64,000 nucleotides of DNA, taken from NCBI GenBank assembly GCA_017555085.1, contig JAFZHD010000051.1, forward strand, positions 5,491 through 69,490. The letters run 5' to 3'. Made by a program: the position numbers and the translations under genes. Shown here in pieces: positions 18,676 through 27,998 of the stretch. How positions within the stretch are numbered: the stretch's first letter is position 1; each line of letters begins with the position of its first letter. The notes beneath the pieces are model-generated. The model made no database searches. It saw nothing but the letters and a program-made list of their open reading frames with translations, and was not told where the DNA came from. The stretch is from Muribaculaceae bacterium (GTDB taxonomy: Bacteria; Bacteroidota; Bacteroidia; Bacteroidales; Muribaculaceae).

Positions 18676-20799
18676 TTATTTACTTGCCGATTGTGATTGA
18701 CGCACATCGACTTCACTATTTATCAATCGACTGATGTTTTTTGACTTGCGTCCCCAATCAACATTATATGACACTGACACAAATGCCAATTGCTCCACCG
18801 CTTTTGTTCGCAATATTCGCTGTATATCAACATTTCTATTTATAATATGAGTTCCACGACTGTAACGACCGATTGGGACAAACATTCCCGTATTAAATCC
18901 AAATCCTCGCCACCGATACCCAAGCTGAATCATCGACATAGTTTCGCCTTCTTCAATCGTTTCACCCCACAATGATTTGTTACCTTTTTGATACATTGCT
19001 GTCAAAGTTGCTCCCCAATGAGTAAGCTGAATTTGAGCATTCCCGCTCATAGAGTTTAGCGAGTGTTTATAATTACAGCCTCGGCTATAATCGTGGTGAA
19101 ACATAAGCGAGCCACTAACCGTGAGCCATTGCGGAATCACTACTATCCTCGGAGATATAGAAACTCCACACGATGCTATACCCCACTGATTACCCCATGA
19201 TGTCACAAATTTGTCTATTTCATTATTCCACTCTCTATAATCCATTACTGCTCGTGGTGTTCGAGCTCCCCAAATAGTAATTTGGCCCGATACTCGTTTT
19301 GCAACATAACTATATTGTAACCTCACTTTATAACTGCTATATGGAGCCAATTCGGGATTTCCAATTTGAGCTTGTAACATATCCACATTTTGCAACACAG
19401 GCGACAACTGCGTCAATGTCGGATTTATGGCATTTGATGTTAATATCAATCGCAATTGCGATGCTCTGTTAATTCTATATCCCGCCGTCAAACGCGGACA
19501 AACAAGTAGCGTTTCTGAACTTTCATCTTTATCAGAATGTCGGACATTGGAATATGTCAGCGCTACCCCCGCTGAGAAAGTCAACTTGTTTTTTATATTA
19601 TAAAAATACTCACCAAAAATCGTTGCAACATCTTCACGACTGCGACTTTTCACATCATCAAATTCATAATAGGCACCGTTCCAATATCCACGATATTGTG
19701 TTCCGACAGTAAGTTTTGCCTTTTCCCATTCTTTAATATAGTTACCTTCAGCACTCAATGCGTAATTGTTATCCTTTATAAGTGTACTTATAATCGATAG
19801 TGTATCACTTCCGGCAATTTCTATATAATTGCGACCGCTTTTACCCTTATAATAACTCCCATTCACATCAAACACGAGCGTTTGTCCGTTTCCAATTATG
19901 TAATCCAGATAAAAATTCAGTCCCGGATTAAAGCCCGGCGAACGCTGTGTATCATGTACAACTATCGGTAATGTTTCATCGTCATTTGTCAGTATCCCGT
20001 CATGAGATAATTCATTATTAAACCCACTATTGAGATACAATCGGGCATAAGCATTCAACTTATCGGTTTTCAAATAATTATACCCTACAAAAGTGTGCAT
20101 ATCATAATAATCACATTTTCCACCGATAGGAGTTTCAATTCTTTCCATGGTTGAGCCATCATTAAATGTGTAATTCTCAAGGTTTTCTCTATAGACCGGT
20201 AAGTCAAGACGCATCTGCCCATAATAATTGACTTCCCACTGCGAATTTCCACTATTTAATTTCAAATCGCCATTTTGATTGCCAAACCCGCTTTTCACAC
20301 TATGCAACGCATTGAGCATCAAACTGCCGCCATGCTCTCTGTTGCGTACAATAAAATCCACGACCTTGTCGGCACTTCCATATCTTAGTCCCGGACTATC
20401 ATGATATTCAACCCTCACCACACTACCGGGATTTATTGACTTGATTTGCTCTACTCCCACTTTGCGACCATTTATGCGTACCTCTACCGATTGTCCGGCA
20501 CAATCAATTGTGTTTAAAACGGTGTTGACGTTCAATGTGGGTAATTGCATATTCTGCAACAAATCGAGAGCATCATTTGAACGTGATTTTGTATCGTTTG
20601 ATGGGATATATAATTCTCGGTCAACCTTATGAATTACCGGAGTTGCCGACACTGTAACCTCAGCCAACTGTACTGTTCTATCATCAAGTATCGAATCGGG
20701 AATGTCGCCTTCGGCTTTACCATACACCACATTCTCGGCTTTCGCTCCAATTATGCAGCCAAGCATAATCATTACAAAAAAATAGTTGTTTCGTCTCAT
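18676..20799 (-). CDS. Outer-membrane beta-barrel protein, TonB-dependent-receptor-like (plug-like N-terminus)
   Basis: Signal peptide, then VTVSATPV...LDLLQNMQLPTLNV...VRINGRKV, which resembles a plug region. About 550 aa of alternating beta-strand pattern follow. Confidence 0.65.
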   Translation of the reverse strand: MRRNNYFFVMIMLGCIIGAKAENVVYGKAEGDIPDSILDDRTVQLAEVTVSATPVIHKVDRELYIPSNDTKSRSNDALDLLQNMQLPTLNVNTVLNTIDCAGQSVEVRINGRKVGVEQIKSINPGSVVRVEYHDSPGLRYGSADKVVDFIVRNREHGGSLMLNALHSVKSGFGNQNGDLKLNSGNSQWEVNYYGQMRLDLPVYRENLENYTFNDGSTMERIETPIGGKCDYYDMHTFVGYNYLKTDKLNAYARLYLNSGFNNELSHDGILTNDDETLPIVVHDTQRSPGFNPGLNFYLDYIIGNGQTLVFDVNGSYYKGKSGRNYIEIAGSDTLSIISTLIKDNNYALSAEGNYIKEWEKAKLTVGTQYRGYWNGAYYEFDDVKSRSREDVATIFGEYFYNIKNKLTFSAGVALTYSNVRHSDKDESSETLLVCPRLTAGYRINRASQLRLILTSNAINPTLTQLSPVLQNVDMLQAQIGNPELAPYSSYKVRLQYSYVAKRVSGQITIWGARTPRAVMDYREWNNEIDKFVTSWGNQWGIASCGVSISPRIVVIPQWLTVSGSLMFHHDYSRGCNYKHSLNSMSGNAQIQLTHWGATLTAMYQKGNKSLWGETIEEGETMSMIQLGYRWRGFGFNTGMFVPIGRYSRGTHIINRNVDIQRILRTKAVEQLAFVSVSYNVDWGRKSKNISRLINSEVDVRQSQSASK

Positions 20800-20859
20800 T
20801 GCAAAAATTTTGTTTTGGTTTTACATTAGACGAAACCTGTTTGCTAAAAAGTTGCAATG

Positions 20860-21756
20860 CTAAGATTTCAATTCTTTTAATCGGTTGTGTAGCAGGTTGG
20901 TGAATTGATAGTTTTTCAAGCCCCATCGGGGTGAAATGAGCAGAGCATCGGGCGACTGCGATACAAATCGTTCTATGGCAATTGTGGGTGCCATGCGTTT
21001 CACTATCTTACAACAAAGGTCGATATATTCTTCGGCCGTAAACTGCGGCACGGTGTATAGTCCCTGCTCCACTTCCAATGCCATGCGAGTGCCCTTGACG
21101 AGTTGCAACTGATGCAGTTTGACGGTCGCGATGGGCAGTTGCGATATGTGGTCAATGGTCTGCATTATCATTTGCTCATCTTCGCCCGGCAGTCCGACAA
21201 TCAAGTGTAGACCTGTGGGAATACCAGCCTCAACCGTGCGCATCACGGCATCGACAGTTTCTTCCCAAGTGTGACAACGGTTAATGCGTTCAAGAGTGAT
21301 ATTGTGAGATGTTTCAGCGCCATATTCCACTATAACTCGGTGTGACTGATTAAGTTGAGCCAATCGCTGCAATAATGCATCGGGCATGCAGTCGGGGCGA
21401 GTGCCGATAATGAGTCCGTCAACTTTGTCAACAGCCAACGCCTCTTCATATAAATCCATCAGTCGGTCAATATCGCCATGCGTATTGGTATAAGCCTGAA
21501 AATAGGCCAAATAGCGCATATCGGGATATTTCTTACCGAAAAAGCGTTTGCCCTCTTCAAGTTGCTCGGTCACCGACAATGCGGGCGCACAATATCCGGG
21601 GTTGAATGTCTGATTATTGCAATAGGTGCAACCGCCACGGCCTTTTGTGCCGTCGCGATTGGGGCATGTAAATCCCGCATTCACGGCAATTTTCTGCATC
21701 TTGCACGGAAACAGTTCGGCAAGAAAATCAGAGAAGTCGCGATAATAAGCCCCCAT
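20860..21756 (-). CDS. TIGR01212-family radical SAM protein (YhcC-like)
   Basis: CPNRDGTKGRGGCTYCNNQ cluster near the N-terminus, with a 298-aa length typical of the family. Confidence 0.85.
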   Translation of the reverse strand: MGAYYRDFSDFLAELFPCKMQKIAVNAGFTCPNRDGTKGRGGCTYCNNQTFNPGYCAPALSVTEQLEEGKRFFGKKYPDMRYLAYFQAYTNTHGDIDRLMDLYEEALAVDKVDGLIIGTRPDCMPDALLQRLAQLNQSHRVIVEYGAETSHNITLERINRCHTWEETVDAVMRTVEAGIPTGLHLIVGLPGEDEQMIMQTIDHISQLPIATVKLHQLQLVKGTRMALEVEQGLYTVPQFTAEEYIDLCCKIVKRMAPTIAIERFVSQSPDALLISPRWGLKNYQFTNLLHNRLKELKS

Positions 21757-21768
21757 TGCCTGTTGATT

Positions 21769-22857
21769 TTATAAATGAACAGTCTTGTTGATAAGGTATG
21801 CGTCAAGAATCACCATTGCGGCCATGGCCTCAACCACTGGAACAGCACGGGGCAACACACATGGATCATGACGTCCACGAGCGTGAAGCGTAACAGCCTC
21901 ACCGTTGCAGTCAATGGTTTCAATCTCGCGCAATAGTGTGGCAACAGGCTTGAATGCTACACGAAAATAGATGTCTTCGCCGTTTGAAATGCCACCCTGA
22001 ATGCCGCCCGAGTTGTTGGTGAGCGTACCCACCGAGCCATCTTCGCGGCGAGTGAAAAGGTCAATCATTTCGCTGCCACGGCACGACACGCCGTCAAAGC
22101 CCATTCCATATTCAAACCCCTTGGCAGCATTGATGCCGAGCATAGCCGCGCCCAACGATGCGTGGAGTTTGCCAAATGCAGGTTCGCCGAGTCCGCATGG
22201 CACGCCGGTAATAACACCGGTAATAACACCGCCAATGGTATCGCCGTCGGCCTTTACTTGGCTGATGAGCTGATACATCTGCTCGGCCTTTTGCGCATCG
22301 GGACAGCGAACAGCGTTTGTTTCAATCATAGCGGGGTCATATTTCTTATAGTCGCGGTCGAGCGCAATGTCGCCCACTTGCGATGTGTAGGCATACACTT
22401 TTATGCCCAACGCTTCGAGTGCTTGACGGGCAAATGCGCCGCCAACTACACGCGCAATAGTCTCGCGTGCCGATGAACGGCCGCCACCACGATGGTCGCG
22501 CACGCCATATTTTGTGGCATAGGCATAATCGGCATGTGAGGGGCGATAGGTGTCGCGCATATTGTCATAATCGGCCGAATGCTGATTGCTGTTTTCAACA
22601 ATAAAGCCGATTGATGTACCGGTAGTTTTGCCCTCAAAGATACCCGACAAAATTTTGACACGGTCTTTTTCGTCGCGTGCGGTCACAATGGCCGACTGTC
22701 CGGGACGGCGGCGGTCAAGTTCGTGCTGAACGCGATCGAGGTCAATCTCAATGCCAGCAGGCATACCGTCAATCACACCTCCCACGGCCGCACCATGAGA
22801 CTCGCCAAATGTTGTCAGGCGAAATATGTGTCCAATGCTATTCTTCATCATCTGCAT
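21769..22857 (-). CDS. aroC: Chorismate synthase
   Basis: N-terminal [11 protein letters not shown], then [12 protein letters not shown] and the typical C-terminal RHDPCV motif. 362 aa. Confidence 0.95.
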   Translation of the reverse strand: MQMMKNSIGHIFRLTTFGESHGAAVGGVIDGMPAGIEIDLDRVQHELDRRRPGQSAIVTARDEKDRVKILSGIFEGKTTGTSIGFIVENSNQHSADYDNMRDTYRPSHADYAYATKYGVRDHRGGGRSSARETIARVVGGAFARQALEALGIKVYAYTSQVGDIALDRDYKKYDPAMIETNAVRCPDAQKAEQMYQLISQVKADGDTIGGVITGVITGVPCGLGEPAFGKLHASLGAAMLGINAAKGFEYGMGFDGVSCRGSEMIDLFTRREDGSVGTLTNNSGGIQGGISNGEDIYFRVAFKPVATLLREIETIDCNGEAVTLHARGRHDPCVLPRAVPVVEAMAAMVILDAYLINKTVHL

Positions 22858-23341
22858 TTTCGTTTACGGTTAGGTCAACAACCTCGGCTCTCACATAGTC
22901 GATGAGTTGGCGAGGCGATATTTTTAATTGCAGCCCACGCTGTCCGGCGCTCACAAAGATGTGTTCAAAGTCAAGTGCCGTAGTGTGGAAATAAGTCGGG
23001 AACTGTTTTTTCATTCCCACCGATGTGCAGCCGCCGCGAATGTAACCCGTGAGGGGGAGCAACTCTTTCATCGGTATCATTTCGGCTTTCTTGGCTCCGG
23101 CGGCTTTGGCTGCCTTTTTGAGGTCGACCTCGCAGTTGCCCGGAATCACACATACAAAATGCCCGCTGCGGTCGCCGTGCAACACAAGGGTTTTGAACAC
23201 CTGATTGATATCCTCACCCAATTCTTCGGCCACATGGTCGGCTGCCAAATTATTTTCATCGACTGTATAAGACACCAATTCATAAGGAATCTTTGCCTTG
23301 TCGAGCAATCGTGCAGCGTTAGTTTTTTGTATTCCAGCCAT
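22838..23341 (-). CDS. ybaK: Cys-tRNA(Pro)/Cys-tRNA(Cys) deacylase
   Basis: A 167-aa YbaK/EbsC-type protein (KTLVL...GAKKAEM...[10 protein letters not shown]-like [10 protein letters not shown]). It overlaps the aroC start by 20 nt. Confidence 0.85.
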   Translation of the reverse strand: MAGIQKTNAARLLDKAKIPYELVSYTVDENNLAADHVAEELGEDINQVFKTLVLHGDRSGHFVCVIPGNCEVDLKKAAKAAGAKKAEMIPMKELLPLTGYIRGGCTSVGMKKQFPTYFHTTALDFEHIFVSAGQRGLQLKISPRQLIDYVRAEVVDLTVNENADDEE

Positions 23342-23354
23342 TAGGGTTTATGTT

Positions 23355-23393
23355 ATTAAAACCGAGAGCGGGAAAACCTGTTTCCCACTCTCG
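23355..23393 (-). terminator. Intrinsic terminator downstream of purB
   Basis: A 13-bp stem, CGAGAGCGGGAAA pairing with TTTCCCACTCTCG (one mismatch), followed on the minus strand by GTTTTAATAA. Confidence 0.5.
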
Positions 23394-23405
23394 CATTTGT
23401 ATCAA

Positions 23406-24749
23406 TTAATATCCTGTGTAACTGTGGGGAGAAAGGCGTTTGAGTTCGGCCTTAACATCGTCGCTCACATTGAGAGTGTCAATGAATGCCGCAATGCTCT
23501 CGGCAGTTACTGTCGAATTCACGCGAGTGAGTTCTTTGAGAGTTTCATAAGGTTTGGGGTAACCTTCACGACGGAGGATAGTCTGAATACCTTCGGCCAC
23601 CACATTCCACATTGCGTCGAGGTCGGCGCTGATAGCCTGCTCGTTCAAGAGCAATTTGCCAAGACCTTTGAGAGTGCTGTGAAGGGCGATGAGCATGTGT
23701 GACATGGGTACACCCACATTGCGCAACACTGTTGAGTCGGTCAAGTCGCGTTGCAAACGAGAGATGGGGAGTTTCATTGCCAAGTGGTCGAGAATTGCGT
23801 TGGCAATACCCAAGTTACCTTCCGAGTTTTCAAAGTCGATGGGGTTAACCTTGTGGGGCATAGCCGATGAGCCAACCTCGCCTGCTTTGATTTTTTGTTT
23901 GAAGTATTCCATTGAGATATATTGCCACATATCGCGGTCAAGGTCAAGGATAATTACATTGATGCGGCGCATAGCGTCAAACAATGCGGCAAGATTATCA
24001 TAGTTTGAAATCTGTGTAGTGAGTTCTTCGCGCACGATACCCAATTTGTTGGCGAGGAATTCTGCACCAAACTTGCGCCAATCGATAGCGGGATATGCAG
24101 TGAGGTGAGCGTTGAAGTTACCGGTAGCACCACCAAATTTGCCGCTCATGGGCACGGCATCAAAGTGGGCCAACTGTTGGCGCAAACGGTAGGCAAACAC
24201 GCCGATTTCCTTACCCAAGCGAGTGGGTGATGCGGGCTGACCGTGAGTTTTGGCAAGCATGGGAAGATCTTTCCATTCTTGCGCAAACGCTTCGAGTTGC
24301 TCAATGAGTTTAACCAAGAGAGGACGATAAACATCATTAATAGCCTCCTTGATTGACAAGGGCACAGAGGTGTTGTTGATATCTTGTGATGTAAGACCAA
24401 AGTGGATAAACTCTTTGTGTGCTTCAAGGCCGAGACGGTCAAATTGCTCTTTGATGAAGTATTCCACTGCTTTCACATCGTGGTTAGTCACGCTTTCGAT
24501 ATCTTTGATGCGTTGAGCATCGGCCACTGTGAAGTTGCGATAAATGTCGCGTAGAGGCTCAAACAAGTCGGCCGAAACGCCTGCCAACTGGGGCAAAGGC
24601 AATTCACACAACGCGATGAAATACTCAATTTCAACTCTGACACGGTAGCGAATCAAAGCATACTCTGAGAAATACTCATCAAGATTTTCACACTTGCCAC
24701 GATAGCGGCCATCAATAGGAGAAATTGCGGTTAATGATGTCAATTCCAT
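23406..24749 (-). CDS. purB: Adenylosuccinate lyase
   Basis: Fumarate-lyase signature GSSAMPHKVNP. The 447-aa protein resembles PurB along its whole length. Confidence 0.95.
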   Translation of the reverse strand: MELTSLTAISPIDGRYRGKCENLDEYFSEYALIRYRVRVEIEYFIALCELPLPQLAGVSADLFEPLRDIYRNFTVADAQRIKDIESVTNHDVKAVEYFIKEQFDRLGLEAHKEFIHFGLTSQDINNTSVPLSIKEAINDVYRPLLVKLIEQLEAFAQEWKDLPMLAKTHGQPASPTRLGKEIGVFAYRLRQQLAHFDAVPMSGKFGGATGNFNAHLTAYPAIDWRKFGAEFLANKLGIVREELTTQISNYDNLAALFDAMRRINVIILDLDRDMWQYISMEYFKQKIKAGEVGSSAMPHKVNPIDFENSEGNLGIANAILDHLAMKLPISRLQRDLTDSTVLRNVGVPMSHMLIALHSTLKGLGKLLLNEQAISADLDAMWNVVAEGIQTILRREGYPKPYETLKELTRVNSTVTAESIAAFIDTLNVSDDVKAELKRLSPHSYTGY

Positions 24750-24876
24750 ATTTATTTTTTGATTTTTATTATTTCTGATGATTAAAATGCAAATTTACGA
24801 ATATCGTGCGACTTTATTGCAAATTTATAAAACAATTATCATAAATTTACAGTTGAAATTTTAATCTTACTCTCTA

Positions 24877-25857
24877 ATGAAATCTATACTTCCGATAATA
24901 ATATCATTTATTGGCTTAACATTGGCTTCGTGCATGAGCCAAACAAGCAAAAACAAATCGGCCGAAAACGGCTCTGACTCTGTCGCAAGCATCATCGACA
25001 GCACCGCCGTTACCGACTCTGTTGCCGTCATTGACACCCTTGCCGCCGACACCATCACGCCTCCGCCTCTGCCCGCCTACTTTGCCTCTCCGGCACAAGC
25101 ATTGGCATTCATGGCCGACGAGCAGTGGAAATCATTTTTTGAAGGCAGCATCTTACCCCAAATGGTGCGCGACCATTTCCCCTATGCCCAACGATTGCTC
25201 AAAAGCCGATATGAACGCTTTATCGTGGTTGACAAATTTACAATGCGCGTCAAACTGTTTGACCGATACGGCCGACTGCTGCGTTCTCACAAAATGGCTT
25301 GCGGTCGCAACTACGGCACCAAGCACGAAAAAGCCGACGAACGAACACCCGAAGGATTTTTCTCTGTCGAAGGCGTCTATGACAGCACCGACTGGCTGTT
25401 TACCGACGACAACGGCGTGACATCAAAAATCAAAGGCCAATTCGGCCCGCGATTTGTTCGCTTGCGCATCCCCGGCACAACACAGATTGGTATTCACGGC
25501 ACATGCTCGCCTCGCTCACTCGGTTGGCGTTGCAGCCACGGCTGTATTCGCATTACCAACGAGCAGATATTGGAATTTGTCGAATTTGTTGAGCCCGGTA
25601 TGCCCGTAATCGTCAACCCCGGCTGCATCGACACCCGCACCAACCTTGAAGAAGGATATGATGTGCCTTGGATTAGCACCCAACCCGACACCGCTCGCTA
25701 CCGCCAACCCAAGTTCACTCCCAAGCCCCCGGTTGACACCCTCATCAAGGACTCAACAGTCATAGAAGTGATTAAACCCGATTCATTGCCAAAAATCAGC
25801 ACAAAAATTGACAGCATAAAAACCACTGACAGTCTGACAGTTGAAACAACCGAGTGA
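24877..25857 (+). CDS. L,D-transpeptidase (YkuD domain) lipoprotein
   Basis: Lipobox LTLASC. The catalytic region reads IGIHGT...SHGCIRITNEQI (H...C of YkuD). Confidence 0.8.
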   Translation: MKSILPIIISFIGLTLASCMSQTSKNKSAENGSDSVASIIDSTAVTDSVAVIDTLAADTITPPPLPAYFASPAQALAFMADEQWKSFFEGSILPQMVRDHFPYAQRLLKSRYERFIVVDKFTMRVKLFDRYGRLLRSHKMACGRNYGTKHEKADERTPEGFFSVEGVYDSTDWLFTDDNGVTSKIKGQFGPRFVRLRIPGTTQIGIHGTCSPRSLGWRCSHGCIRITNEQILEFVEFVEPGMPVIVNPGCIDTRTNLEEGYDVPWISTQPDTARYRQPKFTPKPPVDTLIKDSTVIEVIKPDSLPKISTKIDSIKTTDSLTVETTE

Positions 25858-25885
25858 AAATTAATCATTTTTTTTGCCGAAAAAT

Positions 25886-25916
25886 TTTGTCAGTTCAAAA
25901 ATAAGCAGTACCTTTG
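25886..25916 (+). promoter_or_regulatory. Bacteroides-type promoter for the tRNA-Val pair
   Basis: TTTG (25886-25889), 19 nt, then TACCTTTG (25909-25916). It lies 20 nt upstream of the first tRNA. Confidence 0.55.
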
Positions 25917-25935
25917 CATCGCTTTCTCAGAGAAC

Positions 25936-26010
25936 GGGCGTTTAGCTCAGCTGGTTCAGAGCATCTGCCTTACAAGCAGAGGGTCGGCGGTTCGAATCCG
26001 TCAACGCCCA
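25936..26010 (+). tRNA. tRNA-Val (anticodon UAC)
   Basis: A 75-nt cloverleaf: acceptor GGGCGTT/AACGCCC, anticodon stem TCTGC/GCAGA with loop CTTACAA, and T-arm GGCGG-TTCGAAT-CCGTC. CCA is not encoded. Confidence 0.95.
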
Positions 26011-26056
26011 CAAAACTCAAAATTCCATTCTCTTAGAAAGCGAGCCAAAGCAATTT

Positions 26057-26131
26057 GGGCGTTTAGCTCAGCTGGTTCAGAGCATCTGCCTTACAAGCAG
26101 AGGGTCGGCGGTTCGAATCCGTCAACGCCCA
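26057..26131 (+). tRNA. tRNA-Val (anticodon UAC), identical second copy
   Basis: Same 75-nt sequence as 25936-26010, after a 46-nt spacer. Confidence 0.95.
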
Positions 26132-26140
26132 CACCGAAAA

Positions 26141-26175
26141 ACTCGACATCACCGATGCCGAGTTTTTTTGTTTTT
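26141..26175 (+). terminator. Intrinsic terminator after the tRNA-Val pair
   Basis: ACTCGACATC-ACC-GATGCCGAGT stem (one mismatch), followed by TTTTTTGTTTTT. Confidence 0.65.
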
Positions 26176-26244
26176 AGCCAATGACAATATACCCCATAGT
26201 GATTATAGTTCATATTAATTCTATTGACACCATAGCCTCTATAA

Positions 26245-26279
26245 ACACACCGCCACTCGGAATCCGGGTGGCGGTGTGT
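26245..26279 (-). terminator. Hairpin terminator downstream of the deaminase gene pair
   Basis: A perfect 12-bp stem, ACACACCGCCAC pairing with GTGGCGGTGTGT, with an 11-nt loop. TTTATAG follows on the minus strand and TATTTG on the plus strand. Confidence 0.55.
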
Positions 26280-26313
26280 TATTTGATAGCCTTGCTGCAT
26301 GGCTATGGAGTTT

Positions 26314-26823
26314 TTATTTCTTCCAGTTTTTGAGCACTGCGGCGGCTGATGCGTTGTCGAGTTGAGTCATGGGAACTTTTGTCAACGCAGAGTCAACAAG
26401 TGCCTCCTCATAAGCCTCGGCTGGATATACGCCCTTGGCAATTACATCTTCGCGTGAGTTTACAAACACTACCATTTCGGCACCTGCACGGCAAATAGCG
26501 TTATAGGCTTCGGCTGTGGGCTCGTTAACGGTGTACACTGTGGCAAACGAGAGTTTTTTCTTGCGGCTCATGGCAATGGCAGTTTCTTCGGCAGTAGCCT
26601 TATCGGTTGCCTGACCCACGCCGAGCATACGATTGCTCATCACTACCGATGCACCGCAAGGCAATCCGCCCTCGGCCACACTCTCTTTGGCTTGGTCAAT
26701 AGCCATTTCCATAAAAATCTCGTCGGTGGGGTTTACGCGGTCCACCTTCGTGATGGGCAATGCGGCAACCATTGTGCCCACAAATGCCACCATTGCAACT
26801 ATAAACAATGTGATTTTTTTCAT
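26314..26823 (-). CDS. Signal-peptide/anchor-bearing cytidine-deaminase-fold paralogue lacking zinc ligands (predicted inactive)
   Basis: N-terminal MKKITLFIVAMVAFVGTMVAAL. The core aligns by eye with the neighbouring deaminase (FMEMAIDQAKESVAEGGLPCGASVV vs YMRLAAVMAEESVANGGGPFGAVIV). HAE is replaced by TAE, and CEPCPMC by NEPTAEA. Confidence 0.7.
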   Translation of the reverse strand: MKKITLFIVAMVAFVGTMVAALPITKVDRVNPTDEIFMEMAIDQAKESVAEGGLPCGASVVMSNRMLGVGQATDKATAEETAIAMSRKKKLSFATVYTVNEPTAEAYNAICRAGAEMVVFVNSREDVIAKGVYPAEAYEEALVDSALTKVPMTQLDNASAAAVLKNWKK

Positions 26824-26842
26824 TTCTAAATCGGCTTATCGG

Positions 26843-27319
26843 TTAATACTCTATTTTATCGTTTTTTGCGGTCCACATCTCAAATGCCTTGATTGTAAAA
26901 TCGTTGGGCATGGGGATACACGGCACTGCTCGTTCAATCTGCGGCTTTGCCAACTCGCGATAGATAAAACTGTCGCTGAAATTGATAGCCTCGGCATCGG
27001 CCTGCGTATTTCCGTAATATATGCAGTCTATACCGGCCCAATAGATTGCGCTCAAACACATCGGGCAAGGCTCACACGAACTGTAAATGGTGCATCCTTT
27101 GAGCGAAAACGAATCCAAACTGTGACACGCATTGCGAATTGCGTTCACCTCGGCGTGGGCGGTCGGGTCATTATCAATGGTTACACTGTTTGCTCCTCGG
27201 CCCACAATCTCGCCGTCACGCACAATTACTGCGCCAAACGGACCGCCGCCGTTGGCAACGCTCTCCTCGGCCATTACAGCCGCAAGCCTCATGTATTCAA
27301 AATCTTTTTCGGTAAACAT
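26843..27319 (-). CDS. Guanine deaminase-like nucleoside/nucleobase deaminase (CDA fold)
   Basis: Zinc motifs HAEVNAI and CEPCPMC are intact. GGGPFGAVIVRDGEIVGRG and the 158-aa length are typical of GuaD-type enzymes. Confidence 0.85.
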   Translation of the reverse strand: MFTEKDFEYMRLAAVMAEESVANGGGPFGAVIVRDGEIVGRGANSVTIDNDPTAHAEVNAIRNACHSLDSFSLKGCTIYSSCEPCPMCLSAIYWAGIDCIYYGNTQADAEAINFSDSFIYRELAKPQIERAVPCIPMPNDFTIKAFEMWTAKNDKIEY

Positions 27320-27388
27320 AGCCTTTGGATTATATATCTATGACAACCGTGAGTTGATAAAGTTTAATCGCACCTGCTTGGCGCCGCT

Positions 27389-27456
27389 AAAAAGAAAAGG
27401 TTCAAATCCCCTTCGATCCACACGCAACCGTGCGACAACGAAACAGGCTTGAACCT
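27389..27456 (-). terminator. Long hairpin terminator downstream of rpiB
   Basis: On the minus strand AGGTTCAA pairs with TTGAACCT across an imperfectly paired 43-nt interior, followed by TTTCTTTTT. Confidence 0.5.
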
Positions 27457-27471
27457 CGACTTATTGTGTTA

Positions 27472-27924
27472 TTACTTGCAAGCGATTTTGTTCACACGAT
27501 TGATGTGACGGCCGCCTTCAAACTCTGTTGAAAGGAATGCGTCAACAATTTCGAGTGCGACAGTAGGCTCGATGAAACGAGCGGGCAACACGAGCACATT
27601 TGCATTGTTGTGTTGACGGGCAAGACGAGCCAACTCGGGAGTCCAGCACAATGCCGCGCGAATGCCTTGGTGCTTGTTGAGCGTCATTTGAATGCCGTTG
27701 CCGCTACCACACATTGCGATACCGGGGAAACATTCGCCACTTTCAACTGCCTCGGCACAGGGGTGTGCAAAGTCGGGATAGTCACAACTATCGGTGCTGT
27801 TTGTTCCGAAATCAACATAAGCCACATCTTGCGCTTCGAGATAGCCCTCGATGATTGATTTCAACTCAAAACCCGCATGGTCGCTACACATTGCAACCTT
27901 TTTATTTTCTTGAAGTATTGACAT
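27472..27924 (-). CDS. rpiB: Ribose-5-phosphate isomerase B
   Basis: A 150-aa RpiB/LacAB family protein with active-site segment AMCGSGNGI and NANVLVLPARF. Confidence 0.9.
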   Translation of the reverse strand: MSILQENKKVAMCSDHAGFELKSIIEGYLEAQDVAYVDFGTNSTDSCDYPDFAHPCAEAVESGECFPGIAMCGSGNGIQMTLNKHQGIRAALCWTPELARLARQHNNANVLVLPARFIEPTVALEIVDAFLSTEFEGGRHINRVNKIACK

Positions 27925-27998
27925 AGTTATATATGATTTACAATTCTACTGCAAACTTACGAAAAAACTCGCAATTTTCACTATCTTTACACCCAAGA

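Noticed and set aside
16560-20830. Mobile genetic element call for the AT-rich islet
   Set aside because: No integrase, transposase, relaxase, flanking direct repeats or tRNA junction is visible. Only compositional contrast supports foreign origin, so it is reported as a finding and not as a mobile_element feature.
26633-27343. 236-aa plus-strand ORF spanning both deaminase genes
   Set aside because: It is antisense to two well-supported genes and crosses their intergenic gap. Its composition reflects the mirror frame of the real genes.
27398-27420. tRNA 3'-end-like fragment (GGTTCAAATCC...CGATCCA), possibly marking an integration att site
   Set aside because: The flanking bases do not form a T-stem or acceptor stem. 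The segment is one arm of a long hairpin followed by a T-run on the minus strand, so it is better explained as the rpiB terminator.
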